This document shows positions 26,524 to 38,944 of a stretch of 64,000 nt of DNA, one piece after another (within the stretch, counting starts at the first letter, position 1; each line of letters starts with the position of its first letter). Made by a program: the position numbers and the translations under genes. This stretch comes from Vicugna vicugna (Eukaryota), in the NCBI GenBank assembly GCA_013265495.1, contig MU058139.1, positions 310,001-374,000 on the forward strand, read 5' to 3'. The notes beneath the pieces were generated by a model. That model was not told where the DNA came from. It did no database searches and saw nothing but the letters and a program-made list of their open reading frames with translations.

Positions 26524-26772
26524 GGAAAGGCAGTGGGAACTGGCAAAGAAGTTGTTATTAAAAAGGTAAATAAAAAGGCAGATGGCATCATTACAAACTG
26601 AAGCCAAAATGATGTAAGCCCTACAGTGTCTCTGTATTTGATAATCGTGCTGTCTCCCACCAACGTGGTGTTCTGAGAGTAATGTGTGAGCCGCCTGGGC
26701 TGGGTTGCAAATGATGGTAGAAGAGATTCTTAAGACATTGTGTTTTCACACTGATATTTCCTTTCTTTGTAG

Positions 26773-26919
26773 GAGACAATAGCTTGGCCCAGGAGCTAGC
26801 AGTTCTTTGTGGCAGAGAGATCCCTGGACCCATCCGGTCTACTGGAGAGTACATGGTGATCCAGTTCACCTCGGACTTCAGTATAACCAGGGCGGGCTTT
26901 AATGCATCCTTTCACAAGA
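26773..26919 (+). CDS. CUBN: CUBN exon ~41, CUB14 C-half
   Basis: tag|GA GAC AAT...AAG A|gtaata; 147 nt; [19 protein letters not shown]...GFNASFHK. Confidence 0.96.
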
Positions 26920-26947
26920 GTAATATGTTGTCATAGTTTGTTCTAAT

Positions 26948-27030
26948 TCATCCCATCTCATCTCTTCTTATCCCATCTCATCTCATCTCATCTCATCCCA
27001 GCCCATCCCATCCCATCTCATCTCATCGTC
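26948..27030. repeat. (CATCT/CATCC)n pentamer repeat
   Basis: Direct reading. Confidence 0.9.
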
Positions 27031-27994
27031 TCTTGCTCTCTACCTAATACACTCTGCTGATTTCTCAATGCCAGGACACATGTTATAAGTAAGTCAGAGC
27101 ACACAGGTCTTTGCCCCACTGTTGGATGGCTATCCTGAGATCAGATACTGAGTCCTAATCAAAAAAACTGACCACGTTGTTCAGAAAGATCCTCCACCTT
27201 CAGTTCTCTGGGTGGGACATCTTCTATTTATAGTAGGCGCAAGAGTAAGATGTTTAAAACAATATTTCAGCCTAGCTGATGGCTGGACCCAGAAGACAGT
27301 ACACACCCATAATGCATCAAAGGAGCAGTAAGTCAGAGTTATCCTCCATCTGAGAAATAAAAGTCAAAGTAATAGAGGAGGCATCTTCATAAATCCCTTA
27401 GTTGAAATTATTCATTTAAAGGTTGGCAGGAAGAGTTTGTTGCTCTTGAAATATGAGTTCGGTGAGTCCAAGAATGTGCACAATATATAGGGGGCTGTCA
27501 GGGGTAGAATGATTGAGACTTTCAAAACTCGACAAAATGTGAAGTCCAATAATAATTTTTAAACCCGAACTGGATAAAAGTTAAAGAAGTAGCCCACAGA
27601 ATGGGAAATAGTGGAAGACTCTCATATTTTTAACTGAAAAAAAAATGCAACTTTAAAGTAGATTATCAATCTTGACATTAAAAATTGATGTTTTCTCCTC
27701 AATTCTGTATGCTTTTTCCAGAGCAGAGAGCAATTGAAGATAAATGATTTTCCTCACAGTCAAGGGAGACCAGCTGCATGGTGGTTTCAGAGAATGGGCT
27801 CTGAAATTAGACAGACTTAGGATAAATGTCCACCTCTGCATTTTAACTACTTATGTGAACTAATGAGCTGGTCAGTCCCTGACAACTGGCAAAAGAGTGC
27901 CCACTTCACCCACTCTCTTCTCGACTCCAACCTCTCCCATAGCTCCCATATGTACCAGTGACAGCTCGTGATGTATACGGTTAACATGTGGGAA

Positions 27995-28830
27995 ACTAAC
28001 TCTTGACTCCCACCATGTTTTACCTCCCCATCCCACCAAACTTGCTCATTCCACACTCGTCTCAATTCTAGTAAGTGGAAAGGACATTATTCTAGTTTTT
28101 CTAAGCCAGAAAAGTTGGCATCATCTGTGACTCTTCTCTTCTGGCTTCATAAATCCTATTCATCCACAAATTGCAATAGTCCTACCCTCAGTGTATCTAG
28201 ATGCCAACCACTTCTCACCATTTCTACTGCTGCCATCCTGGTCCAGGCATCTGTCATCCCTCCTTAGACTCAAGAAATCACCCCCTGTTGGACCACTTGC
28301 TTTTGCTTTTCCATGCCCCCTTCCCTTACAGTTTAAGTATTACAGACAGATTGATTCTTTTAAAACCGAAGTCAGATCATGCCATTCTGATGCTCGGAGC
28401 CCTTCAGTATCTTCCTCTTTATCAAAATAAATCCTTTCAATTTCCTGCATGACCTACCCTGCTACCTCTGGCCCGCTCCATTCTGATGTACCTACCACTC
28501 ACCCATCAAGCCTTTACACCAACTGTTTACTGGACTGCAGTGCTCTTCTCTCAAACTCTCATACATCTTGATACCCCATTTCAGTCAACTCTCTGCTCGG
28601 ACGTTACCCCAACAATGCGGCCTTCTCTAACTACCCCAGGCAACAGAGATCCATTCTCCCTCTCCCCTTTCATTTTTCTTTGTAGAACTTATCACCGTCT
28701 CACATATGGTTTATGTGTTTAGTGTGTATCTTACTCACCTGTAGAGTAAGCTTCATGCAAGTAAGTGATTGATCTCTGTGGCTGACTTTTGTATCCCAAT
28801 CTTAGTAACAAAAACAAAATGAGTACCCGG
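27995..28830 (+). mobile_element. L2 fragment, preceded by a MIR relic at ~27770-27870
   Basis: ggcatcatctgtgactcttctc, aagtcagatcatgccattc, gtaagcttcatg. Confidence 0.65.
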
Positions 28831-29005
28831 TCGCGTGTGCTCCATCAGTGCTTGTGCCAATTGTTTCCAGCACTTTGGTCCCAGTGAGTTTCAACCCGCA
28901 TTTCTATTGCCTACGCTTTGAAAATTTTCAAGAAAAACAGAAAAAGCATAAAAACCCTGTGGTGAATGTTATTTCAGCGAACTATCTGTGCTTCCTCCTG
29001 GGAAG

Positions 29006-29196
29006 GTTGTGGTGGATATCTGCATGCAGACAGAGGGATTATCACATCACCCAAGTATCCAGAGACCTACACACCCAGCCTCAACTGCTCCTGGCACGTG
29101 CAGGTTCAGAGTGGTCTGACCATCGCCGTCCACTTTGAGCAGCCCTTCCAGATTCCAAGTAGAGACTCTTCTTGCAACCAAGGGGATTACTTGGTG
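29006..29196 (+). CDS. CUBN: CUBN exon ~42, CUB15 N-half
   Basis: gaag|GT TGT GGT...TTG GTG|gtaggt; 191 nt; [18 protein letters not shown]...GDYLV. Confidence 0.95.
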
Positions 29197-29219
29197 GTAG
29201 GTCTTGCTTGCTACTTTTC

Positions 29220-29289
29220 TCTTTTCTCTTTTTTTAATCGAAGTATAGTCAGTATACAATGTTGTGACAATTTCTGGTGGACCGCGTGT
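29220..29289 (-). mobile_element. Very short L1 3' tip
   Basis: T-rich tail plus aatcgaagtatagtcagtatacaatgttgtg; TSD ttgcta(c/g)ttttc at 29208-29219 and 29290-29301. Confidence 0.75.
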
Positions 29290-29599
29290 TTGCTAGTTTT
29301 CCAAATTCCTTTCTCAGCACACATCATTCACAAAGCAAAATGAGACAAGTGGTAATAACAGTACCTATCTCAAGGGCCGTTCAGGTTAAATTAGATACTG
29401 TACATAACGTATTTGGACAAGTGCCTGGCCTATAATAAGTGCTTAATAAAAGACTGTTGCAAATGATTAAAAAAAGAGAGAGAGAGAGAGAGAGAAAGCA
29501 AAATGAGGTTTTCCTCCTAGGACATAAATTGATAGAACTTCTCTACCTCATCTTTATCAATATGAAGGAAATTATGCAGTTTTTAATTTGTCTTTCCAG

Positions 29600-29783
29600 C
29601 TAAAAAATGGACCTGACATCTCTTCTCCACCCTTGGGTCCCCATGGAGGAAATGGTCGTTTTTGTGGCAATCGCCCTTCGTCCACTCTGTTCACCTCAGA
29701 CAATCAAATGTTTGTTCAGTTTATTTCTGACAGTAGCAATGAAGGGCAAGGATTTAAGATCACGTATGAGGCAAAGAGTTTAG
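29600..29783 (+). CDS. CUBN: CUBN exon ~43, CUB15 C-half
   Basis: cag|CTA AAA...TTA G|gtgagt; 184 nt; [13 protein letters not shown]...YEAKSL. Confidence 0.96.
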
Positions 29784-29929
29784 GTGAGTATTACCACTGA
29801 GAATAATGTCTGTACTTTCCCTGCAATTGCTTGGTCTTCCTTGTTTAACTAGATTGGGGAAAAAAATATGGAAAAAATTTTTTTCTGAACTAGGAGTAAT
29901 AATGTTAATTAGAATAGACACTGATTATT

Positions 29930-30130
29930 GAGTACTTACTTTATGCTTGACACATTTGCTATGTCATCATGACTACTTTTTAAGGAAGATATCATTGTCC
30001 CCATTCTCCAGATAAGTAAGATGAGGCTTAGATTTTTCCAAGGCCACATATCAAGAGAATGCACAAAATGAACGTCTCCATGAGTATAATTTGAGCTGAT
30101 CTTGGTGATCCCCTGAAATTCGTTAGACTT
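29930..30130 (-). mobile_element. MIR relic (another at ~29345-29460)
   Basis: tattgagtacttac...ccccattctccagataag...gaggcttag...ccaaggccaca. Confidence 0.6.
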
Positions 30131-31383
30131 TTCTGTTACAAAATGTTTAATGATAAGTTTACATTCAGTTACAGAAACATTGTAAGAATGATAATTACAT
30201 TGTTTTGTAATCATTTGTATGCTTCTTTTTAAATGAACACATAATCTTCTGATTCTGTTATTACCCATTTAATTATATATTACAGTAGATCTTTACTGAA
30301 TTACCTTTAACTTCATTATACTTTCTTGTAATTATATTTAATTCTATGGTAATGATTTAATTTTTGTGACATTTTAGATAATATTTAATTGAATGAATAA
30401 GTAAACAAGCATAGCTTGGAAAAGGAGAGTGGTGTCAGTAGAGAGTCTTTATCCCTTGAAAATTAGATAATTTGGGTTTCAGGATAATTCTATGACCTCA
30501 ATCTCAGACTCCTGAATATATTTCAAAATACACATTAACCTAAATGAAGCCATATGTTTAATGGCATGTTCTCCAAAATATAAGAATTTAAAATGTCAGC
30601 AGAACGTCTTCGTTTGGGGAAAGGAGAGGAAATAAGTCTCCAGCAACTGACACAGAAAATCACCTAATACCTTGAGTGGATTCCATGACGACAAGGAATG
30701 TACTTTCATCACTTCCCGGCACCAGAGCTCTGGTGCTTGGAAGGAGCCTTTACCAACACAGCTTTGTGACACCAGCACCATTACTTTATAGATCGTGAGT
30801 TTCTGGTCCCTCTCTATCTCTGTGCTGCGTTTTGCTGCTATGTAATGAATGGGAAGGATTTCCCCTGGTACTGAGTCTTTACAGAGTTAAGTGCCTTGTG
30901 TCTAGTGAGCAGACTTTAGCCCACTCTACGGAACCCCACTTTTCCATCTGTACCCGGATGCAGTCAGTCTTGAATTCTATTTTTAAAGTTAACATTTAGT
31001 GGGGATTCATATACACTAAGGGTCTCTTTGCAAACACTGTATCTCTTTATTGCTTTGTGGACTTCCTATTCACGCAAGAATGGTATGGCCATTACCTTCT
31101 TCTGATCTTTCTGCCTTAATATGAGACTTAAAAGTCTTTTGATTTCAAAACTTCTTGTGATATGATCACTCTTGCTCTTCCCAGCTTTCTGAGTCAACGA
31201 TTTTCCCTGCCTACAGGCAGCCTTCTGCTTCTCCATCTGTCTTTCCACCACACCTCTCCTGTTTCTCAGCTTTTGACACACGTTCTACAGTGAACAACTT
31301 TTGGCATCACATTAGCCGAGTTCTCCAAAGATACTCCTTCAGAATGGTTGGTTGAGACTTCTGTGTTCCTGTGCTCGATGCTT

Positions 31384-31387
<4 letters not shown>

Positions 31388-31417
<30 letters not shown>
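31388..31417. repeat. (CT)n microsatellite
   Basis: Direct reading. Confidence 0.9.
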
Positions 31418-31419
<2 letters not shown>

Positions 31420-31434
31420 GGTTAATTAGCTTTT

Positions 31435-32370
31435 TCATTAATTAATCGAACACTTACAGAGTGCTTCACACAGTGCAAACTACCAGGTCTGCCAGGGAGT
31501 TCAATGCAGAGGAGGAGACAGACGAGCAAATGCACCATTAGGATGTGGTACGATGAGTGCTCTAAGGAGGGGTCTGTTGGGAGCTATGGATCAGAGAAGC
31601 CGCCCAGGGGAAGGAGACAGGGGTTTGCCAATCAGTGAAGATGAGATGTGACAGCATGTAAAGTCTCAATAGTTATCCAATAATAAGGCATTCCCCAGAA
31701 TTTGCTACTGCGAGAGAAGAGATGCAGGAGGAGGTGATGAAGCAGGCAGGCATCGCAGTGCTGGGGGCGGCACCACAAGGCGCTGAGATGTTAACTGAAA
31801 GGCAGTGGGGAGATTAAAAGTGCAGGATAAATGGAAGGAGTAAATAGAGCAAGTCCCTGTGGAGACAGAGTGGACTGGGAGACAGGCCAGAGATACAGGA
31901 AGTGTAAAGGAGGGTAGAGATGCAGGTGAATTTGTTAAGCGTGGTAACGTGTAAGGGGTGAAAAGTTGAGGGAGTTCTCATCTGACTTCTCCTTTCTAAG
32001 GAGAACTCGGAGCAGTGTGCTGCGACGAGCGAGAGCGAGGAGAGGGAAGGGCTTGGGGAGTGCAGCCGGCTTGTACGGCAGACAGCTGTTGTCATCCACA
32101 CGGCAGAATGGGGGGGTTGCTGGGCTGCGCTGAAAGTGGGGAACGTGCATTTGTTGTGGCACCGATTTCCATGAACGGTTTGGATGGAGTACAACTGTGG
32201 AGCTGGGACTGTGCTCAGGTAAGAGTCTGACGGAAAAGACCAGGAACGAGGGAGTTAGACAGTCAAAGGAACTGGCAGTCCAGGGTTTCAGAGATGAAGG
32301 AGTTCCGGGTAATGACGCAGTTCAGGATATGACCATGAGTGGCTGAATGACAATAGGAAGAACTGTCCAC
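31435..32370 (-). mobile_element. L2 fragments
   Basis: Purine-rich antisense L2-like sequence (ttcaggatatgaccatgagtggctga). Confidence 0.55.
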
Positions 32371-33076
32371 AGGTTTCAGCAGATCCTGCATCTGTGCGGC
32401 TGTTACTGAACGGGTTAACTTCATTGGCATTGTCAGTGCCCAGGCTATTCTTGCTCGGTTTGCTTGCTGAGATTGCAAAAATAAATTTATTGATAAAAGG
32501 AAAATATTTTTATATAACACTTTGGTCTTTCAGAAAAAGTACTAAAAGCTCATTTTATCTTCTCGATAAAACTGGCTAATAAAATCTCTTGTGCCATTCA
32601 CCCCTTGCTCTTCAAATGCATCGAAATCCCGAAGAAACATAAGGAGTGAACGCCCACAGGGTTGTACAAATGTATATCTGCTGAGTCTTTTAAACATCAC
32701 TGTGTTGACCTGAGTGGTCAGTGGGCAGTTATAAGTGCTGGTGCATTTCCATGTTCGTCGAAGTGGTGGATACATCATGGTACGTCCATGATGTTCTACT
32801 GTAGGCACCGTGCACCACAGTCATTTGGTTGGCTTTAAGGACGAGCGAGATTTCCAATGAGAATCTATAGTTTGGCAAATTAAAAAGAGTCACATGTGGT
32901 AGCCCCCTTGATAGCAAATTCAAAATGTGTTTGCTTAAAAAGAAAAGGAGGTTAATTCCAGATGAAAGGAAATCGAGATTGGCAATACAGATAAGGAGAC
33001 TTTTCAGAATGAAGGTGGTGGTTGCCTGTGTCTCTTTCTCCAGACTGTGGACTGATTTAACTGTGTTTCCTGACAG

Positions 33077-33251
33077 CCTGTGGGGGCAACATCTACATCC
33101 ATGATGTGGATTCTTCTGGATATGTGACCTCCCCCAACCACCCGGACCATTATCCCCAGCATGCCGACTGCGTTTGGCTCCTAGCTGCTCCTCCCGGAAA
33201 GCTCCTAAGACTGCAGTTTGAAGACCAATTCAATATCGAAGTGTCCCCCAA
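33077..33251 (+). CDS. CUBN: CUBN exon ~44, CUB16 N-half
   Basis: cag|CC TGT GGG...CCC AA|gtaggt; 175 nt; [22 protein letters not shown]...FNIEVSP. Confidence 0.95.
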
Positions 33252-34458
33252 GTAGGTCACCTCTGTTTAATTTTTCTCCTACCCCAGAGTTAGTACTTTT
33301 TAGCTATCACGTCTCAGAACAATTTCCTTCTTCTTTTCTGAGCAGCATATACTGCAAAGGAAGTCAAGGGATGGGGAAGGGAAATGCTTAATGCCTTGAG
33401 CCTGAAAACTGAGCCTGCCAGCCACCCTCCGGTCAGCTGAGCAGATGGTATAAACAGACACTGTTCCTCATGACCCTATTCACATCCTCCAAGAGACACT
33501 GAGGGTGGCTGTTTGTGATTTGTGTTATCCGTTCTTCCTCCCACAGGAAAAATACAGAGTCAACGGTAGACGAGTATTTATTTGCCCAGCATCACACTCA
33601 GTGTCATACATGATAAAATATCTGTTTAACAAATGGAAACTTGTGGCACCAGGGGCCACCAGTGTCAGAAACAGGACTAAAGCAAATAGAAATGCAATTT
33701 CCCAATCTCCATTTAGTAGGAATTTTTAAAGATTGCAAACCTGAGAGTCAGTCTTTACTGTGTTGTACACAAATAGATTCATTACGGAGACTGAGGAAAA
33801 AAAAATCTGTATTTTTCTCTTCATTAAACAAAAGTGTGTATACATTTTCATGAATACATGCATGGGGCAAAACTTAGGTCCAAGAGCTTTTGCTTAACCA
33901 GTTGTGGGCCTGATGTAATGCCACTCTCCCCCTCACTGAGCATTAATTTGCTGGTTGGCTTTCTCAAGAAATATTGGGTAAATACTTCCCCTTTTATGGA
34001 CACAGAAAGTTCAGGCTGAGGCTCTCCATTAACCCAAGCTGCAGAGCTGTCAAGAAAGCGTTCATCTTTGTCATGTGGAGTGTGTCATATCATCATGTGA
34101 AACAAAATGTTTGGGGTTTTGAGATTCCTAGGGGTTGATTTAAGAATGATTCTTACATTTTTAAGACTGGCAGAGGGTATGGAAGGTGAGTAAATAATTC
34201 TTCACTCTGGTACCCGTAAACCCCGTCCTTTGGAGCTCCCAACTGGGGTGCATTCTGATTAGGGAAAATACACAGCATTCTGAAGTGACATGCCCCTTCC
34301 ACTGCCTCTGTCATCGTGTCCACGCTGTGCTGTGTACATCACGCCACTGAAACGATGATTTAATAATGCCCTTGGAGAAAGTTAGTGGAGTCTTTATTAT
34401 CAGAATACATCAAAGCAATCAGCTGTATAAATTCAACAGAATTCTCTTTCCACTTTAG

Positions 34459-34637
34459 CTGTACGTCCAGTTACCTTGAGTTGCGAGATGGAGCTGATTC
34501 CAATGCACCAGTACTTTCCAAGTTTTGTGGAACATCTTTGCCTGCCAGTCAGTTGTCCTCAGGAGACGTGATGTATTTGAGATTCCGGTCTGACAACAGC
34601 CCCACTCATGTGGGATTCAAGGCCAAGTATTCTATAG
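34459..34637 (+). CDS. CUBN: CUBN exon ~45, CUB16 C-half
   Basis: tag|C TGT ACG...ATA G|gtaaca; 179 nt; [11 protein letters not shown]...GFKAKYSI. Confidence 0.96.
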
Positions 34638-35419
34638 GTAACAACATCTTTATATTCAGTAAGAAAAGTAGTGACCGAATGATTACATTAAAACTTAAAA
34701 AAAAAATCATGTCTTTTTAAAGAAGTCTTTCCATCTGCCTGATTTTAACAATTATTTTGATGATAGGAATAAGTAAAGCATGTAAATGTTTAAGACTACA
34801 CAGTCATTTATCAATTATAATTTTTACTGTAATTTCCATTTTAAAACACTCTTTTTAGTAAACCTGAATATTTTGTATTTTCCCCTAGCTTGTTAGTGAA
34901 AAAACATATTCAGTTAAATCAAATTCTGGTTTCTTGTCATGAAATATACATGACTCTAAATAGTAAAACTCCTTAGTAATCAAATAACTATTTTTAGAAC
35001 AGTGACTCTGACCTCAACATTAGTAAATAATTGAGAAGTTTTCTACCTAAATCTCTAGTGCCAAATCATTCACTCAGTGTTTTGATTTTTTTTTCAGTAA
35101 AAAAGAGCAACTAATAGGCATATTGAAGATTCACTACCATGTGGTCACAAGTACACAGAATCTAGTATCTGGTGGGTCTGAACACTCACCAAATACATTT
35201 AACAGGCAAAACTCGAAAAACCTAGTCGTAACGATATTCAACCTACACCACAGGTCGTTTTACAGCCTGAGGTAAATTGCATAAAATTCAATCCAGCTAT
35301 CACATCAGCTGATAAGACATAATTGAACAGTAGTTTTCAGGGCCCTAAGAAACCCATTAGTGCAGTAACAGTTATTTTTTTTTTAAATCCTGTAATAGAA
35401 TATTTCTGGTTTTTTCCAG

Positions 35420-35629
35420 CCCAGTGTGGGGGGACAGTGACGGGGCAGAGTGGTGTGATTGAAAGCAACGGATACCCAACACTTCCATATGCGGACAACT
35501 TATTCTGTGACTGGCGTCTCCAGGGCCCCTCGGGACATTATCTCACCCTCCGTTTTGAAGACTTTAATCTTCAGAATTCCTCTGGCTGCGAAAGAGACTT
35601 TGTGGAGATCTGGGAAAACCATACCTCTG
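35420..35629 (+). CDS. CUBN: CUBN exon ~46, CUB17 N-half
   Basis: cag|CC CAG TGT...TCT G|gtcagt; 210 nt; [15 protein letters not shown]...EIWENHTS. Confidence 0.96.
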
Positions 35630-35854
35630 GTCAGTGAACTATGTCTGCTGCCTTTTGAGGGAGTGTCTATTTTCACATGTCACTCATTCAGCCTCTGAAA
35701 TTTCCTCACTTCCGAGAAAGGCAAGACTGGTTTTTTTGCAGAGAAGTACAGATCCATCTGCTCTGGCAGGTGCTGCCATCTTTTCTGTCCCCTGACTCTT
35801 ATCCAGAAAACAGTGATGTCCAAACCCCAGGTGTCATTGTATGGCTTATCCTGG

Positions 35855-36350
35855 TGTTAGCGGACGGAGGGGCCCCCACATTGGAAAGCCCATCAGGCAG
35901 GTAGGTCCTTGCCCACTGGCTGAGAAAGAATTCTCAGTAGAAGCAGAAGGACAAAGTGAAAAAAAGAGCTGCTTTTATTGCTCAGAGAAAGAAGGCGAAG
36001 AAAACATTTGAGCAGGAAGACGTCAGCCAGGTAGCTGGTTCAGACAGTTCCAGCCCCCAGTCCCGGGCCCGGGGGTCTTTTACTGGAAGGCTCTGCCATC
36101 ATGGTCTTCATTCCAGTGATGCCAATTATTCTATTATGGGCTATTCTATTCTATTATGGGCTCGTCCCTCCCGTGGAGCTCAGCGCTAAAACAGTAACTG
36201 CAGGGGGAAAAAGAGAACAAAGAAAGAGATACTGGGGTATGTCCTTGCATTAATGCAGCAGTTGTGGAACATAAATCGTCCTGTGGTAAGACTGTGTCCC
36301 TGGAATTAAGGAGCCAGCTGTGGCATAGGAGAAGTGCCCTGCCTTTCAGC
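35855..36350 (-). mobile_element. Probable ERV1-type solo LTR; right end uncertain
   Basis: tgttagcgg start, agaaagaattc, minus-strand AATAAA near 35974-35979, CpG-containing. Confidence 0.5.
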
Positions 36351-36822
36351 AGCCTGGCACTTCCCTTCCTCTTGTTAATCAGCCAGGGTCATCATCCGCT
36401 CTCTCACAGGGACCCCGTGGAGACAGCGCTGTATGGGGAAGGCAGCCTCTCCCTGCGGAGACCTTCCAGGGCCACACACAGATATTCAAGGGGCATCCCG
36501 GAGGGTCAGGAGAGGAAAGGGTGATAGATCCTGGAAATAAGATGAGATGGACGCTGGTCACTGTCACTTCAGACCATTTCACTCACCAAGCGAGCAAGTC
36601 TTCCCCTGGTGCTGACGCCCTTGGCCCTAATTGGCTGCATCTATCTGAATATATTGATTTTTATTCATGTTTGACTTGCTTCTCTTGACAGAGGTCACCA
36701 CTTCTTCCTGGGCAGAGTCTTAGCTTTTATTATATCCTTTGTATGGGCGGAACACCTCAAGTAGAGGTTAAGTGAAGTCAACCAGCTGGACATGTACCTA
36801 CTTCATTATTTGACTCTCACAG

Positions 36823-36963
36823 GTCATTTACTGGGCAGATTCTGTGGCGACACCATCCCCAACAGCATAGACACTTCAGGCAACGTTGCTTTGGTCAGAT
36901 TTGTCACAGACAGCTCTCTCACTGCCTCAGGATTCAGACTACGGTTTGATGCCAGCGTGGAAG
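36823..36963 (+). CDS. CUBN: CUBN exon ~47, CUB17 C-half
   Basis: cag|GT CAT...GAA G|gtaagt; 141 nt; [12 protein letters not shown]...[11 protein letters not shown]. Confidence 0.96.
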
Positions 36964-37679
36964 GTAAGTTCATTGTTTCATTAAAAGTAAATAATACTTA
37001 TTTATAGATACACTCAGACATCTATATTATTGAGCATCTACACTAGGTGGACACTTGCTAAGCACTGGTGTTACATTAGCTGCACAAAAACACCACAACC
37101 CTTGTCTTCTTGGACCTTCGTAGTTTACTGGAGAGGCCGACATTAATCAAATAGTCACACCAGTAAGTGAAAAATCACAACTTCGATTAACGCTGCAAAG
37201 AAAAGGAGCTAATGCTAATATAAGGTGATGAGAACTGTATTACATTACTCACCTTAAGAGAGCCCATCCTCGGTGCTCCAGTCACTCAGAATTTTCAGTC
37301 CACGTTCCCCGATAGACTGAGGTGACATGAAGATTTTGTCTGAAAAAATTAGATGATTACTTTAGCCTTCTGATTTTTTTTCTAACTCTTCATACATGCA
37401 TTGGTCTCTCCTATTTCTTGGGCCATGATGATAAAATGCTGTCAGTGAACAATCGTTCATGGAAGCAGATATTAAACATTAAATATCAGAGACAGAAGGT
37501 GAATACAAATGTTCCCCGTAAGTCCTCACATACATACAGTGATAAATCAGAGCAATAATTTTGTCTAGTGGGACAATAAAAAAAAAGGTTTGCTTTTGAG
37601 AATATTCCTTATAGAAGGGTCATTTTGATTGGATTGAGAGTTTTCTTGTTTTTTTTTTTTTTTTTAACCCCTCCTTCAG

Positions 37680-37861
37680 AGTGTGGTGGGGATCTACGGG
37701 GCCCTACTGGAACATTTACTTCACCCAACTACCTGAACCCAAATCCTCATGGCTGGATGTGTGAGTGGAGAATCACTGTACAGGAGGGAAGGCGGGTCAC
37801 CCTAACTTTTAACAACCTGAGGCTGGAAGCCCGTCCATTCTGTAGTAGTGAGCATGTGATG
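37680..37861 (+). CDS. CUBN: CUBN exon ~48, CUB18 N-half
   Basis: cag|AG TGT GGT...GTG ATG|gtaagt; 182 nt; [17 protein letters not shown]...CSSEHVM. Confidence 0.96.
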
Positions 37862-38064
37862 GTAAGTGGCCCCTGCAGTCAGGGATGTTATAGTCCATTG
37901 TTGAAGGAGTTTATTGACCCATAAATCATAGTCAGAAAACTAGGTTAGGAATATTCTCCTCCGAGCAGCTGTATCTTCCACAAATTCTAAGTATTTTAGA
38001 TAGAACAGAATCACCGTAAGTGTTTGCCAGAATATTTGTAAAAGCTGTTTTAAGAGACTGTTAG

Positions 38065-38526
38065 TGTGACCGAAAGCAAATTCATGTGCCCAATGCACCA
38101 TGAGGCCAAATAAACCAAAACATCAGTGTTTGGAACAGAGAAAGGTTTATTGCAGGGCTGAGCAGGCAGAACAGGGTGGCTCATTCCTAAGAAAACTTGG
38201 AACTCCCTGAAGGGTTTCAGCAAAGCATATTTAAAGACCAGCTGTGGGAGGGGGTCGCAGGGTATGTGATCAGCCCGTGCGCAAGTCTCTGGTTGATTGA
38301 TGCTGAGGTATCAGAGCGATCAACACTATCAGCCCCTAGGCGCCAGAATGCCTGGGGGCTGTGCGTTCTCAGTCATCAAGTAGTTAATTTCTTCCCTTTG
38401 GTTGTAGTTTTAAGCATCTGAAAAACTCAGTAAATATACATGAGGTACTTCAGACGGGAGCTACAGCCGAGGATACAGGGGAGGGGTCTGTCCCGGGAAG
38501 GCTTCGTGGAGTGCTGCTCGATTACA
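38065..38526 (-). mobile_element. ERV1-type solo LTR, copy A
   Basis: TG...CA; 4-bp TSD ttag/tttg; minus-strand AATAAA; aligns by eye to 54537-55015. Confidence 0.85.
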
Positions 38527-38944
38527 TTTGTTGTCACAACCTGCGTCAGGGTCATAGGTCGGATAAATTTTAAGAGCAAATGATCACTACACACAGCAAA
38601 ACTGGGTGAACAGAGACAAGTTAAGCCTGTGGGTAGCACACAGCTGAATGGGACCAGGGTCACAGGATAAGCCCCCACCAAAAGTTCTAAGCAGGTGAGT
38701 GGTCCTGCATAGCGACTGTTCTCTGCCAGGGATACCAAGTGACTCTTCTGGGAGACCTGGCTGCCTGCCCTGCAAGTTGCCAAGCTCAGGCTTTGAGATA
38801 TACCCTCCGAATTCTTAGCATCCTTTAGCCAAAGAAAGCAAATGAGACCCGTGAGTGTTAACTGTGAAATAGCAGATAGATGTAGAGAGAGATGCATATA
38901 TGCAGTCTTAACTGTATTTAACAATAGATTAATATTAGTATATT

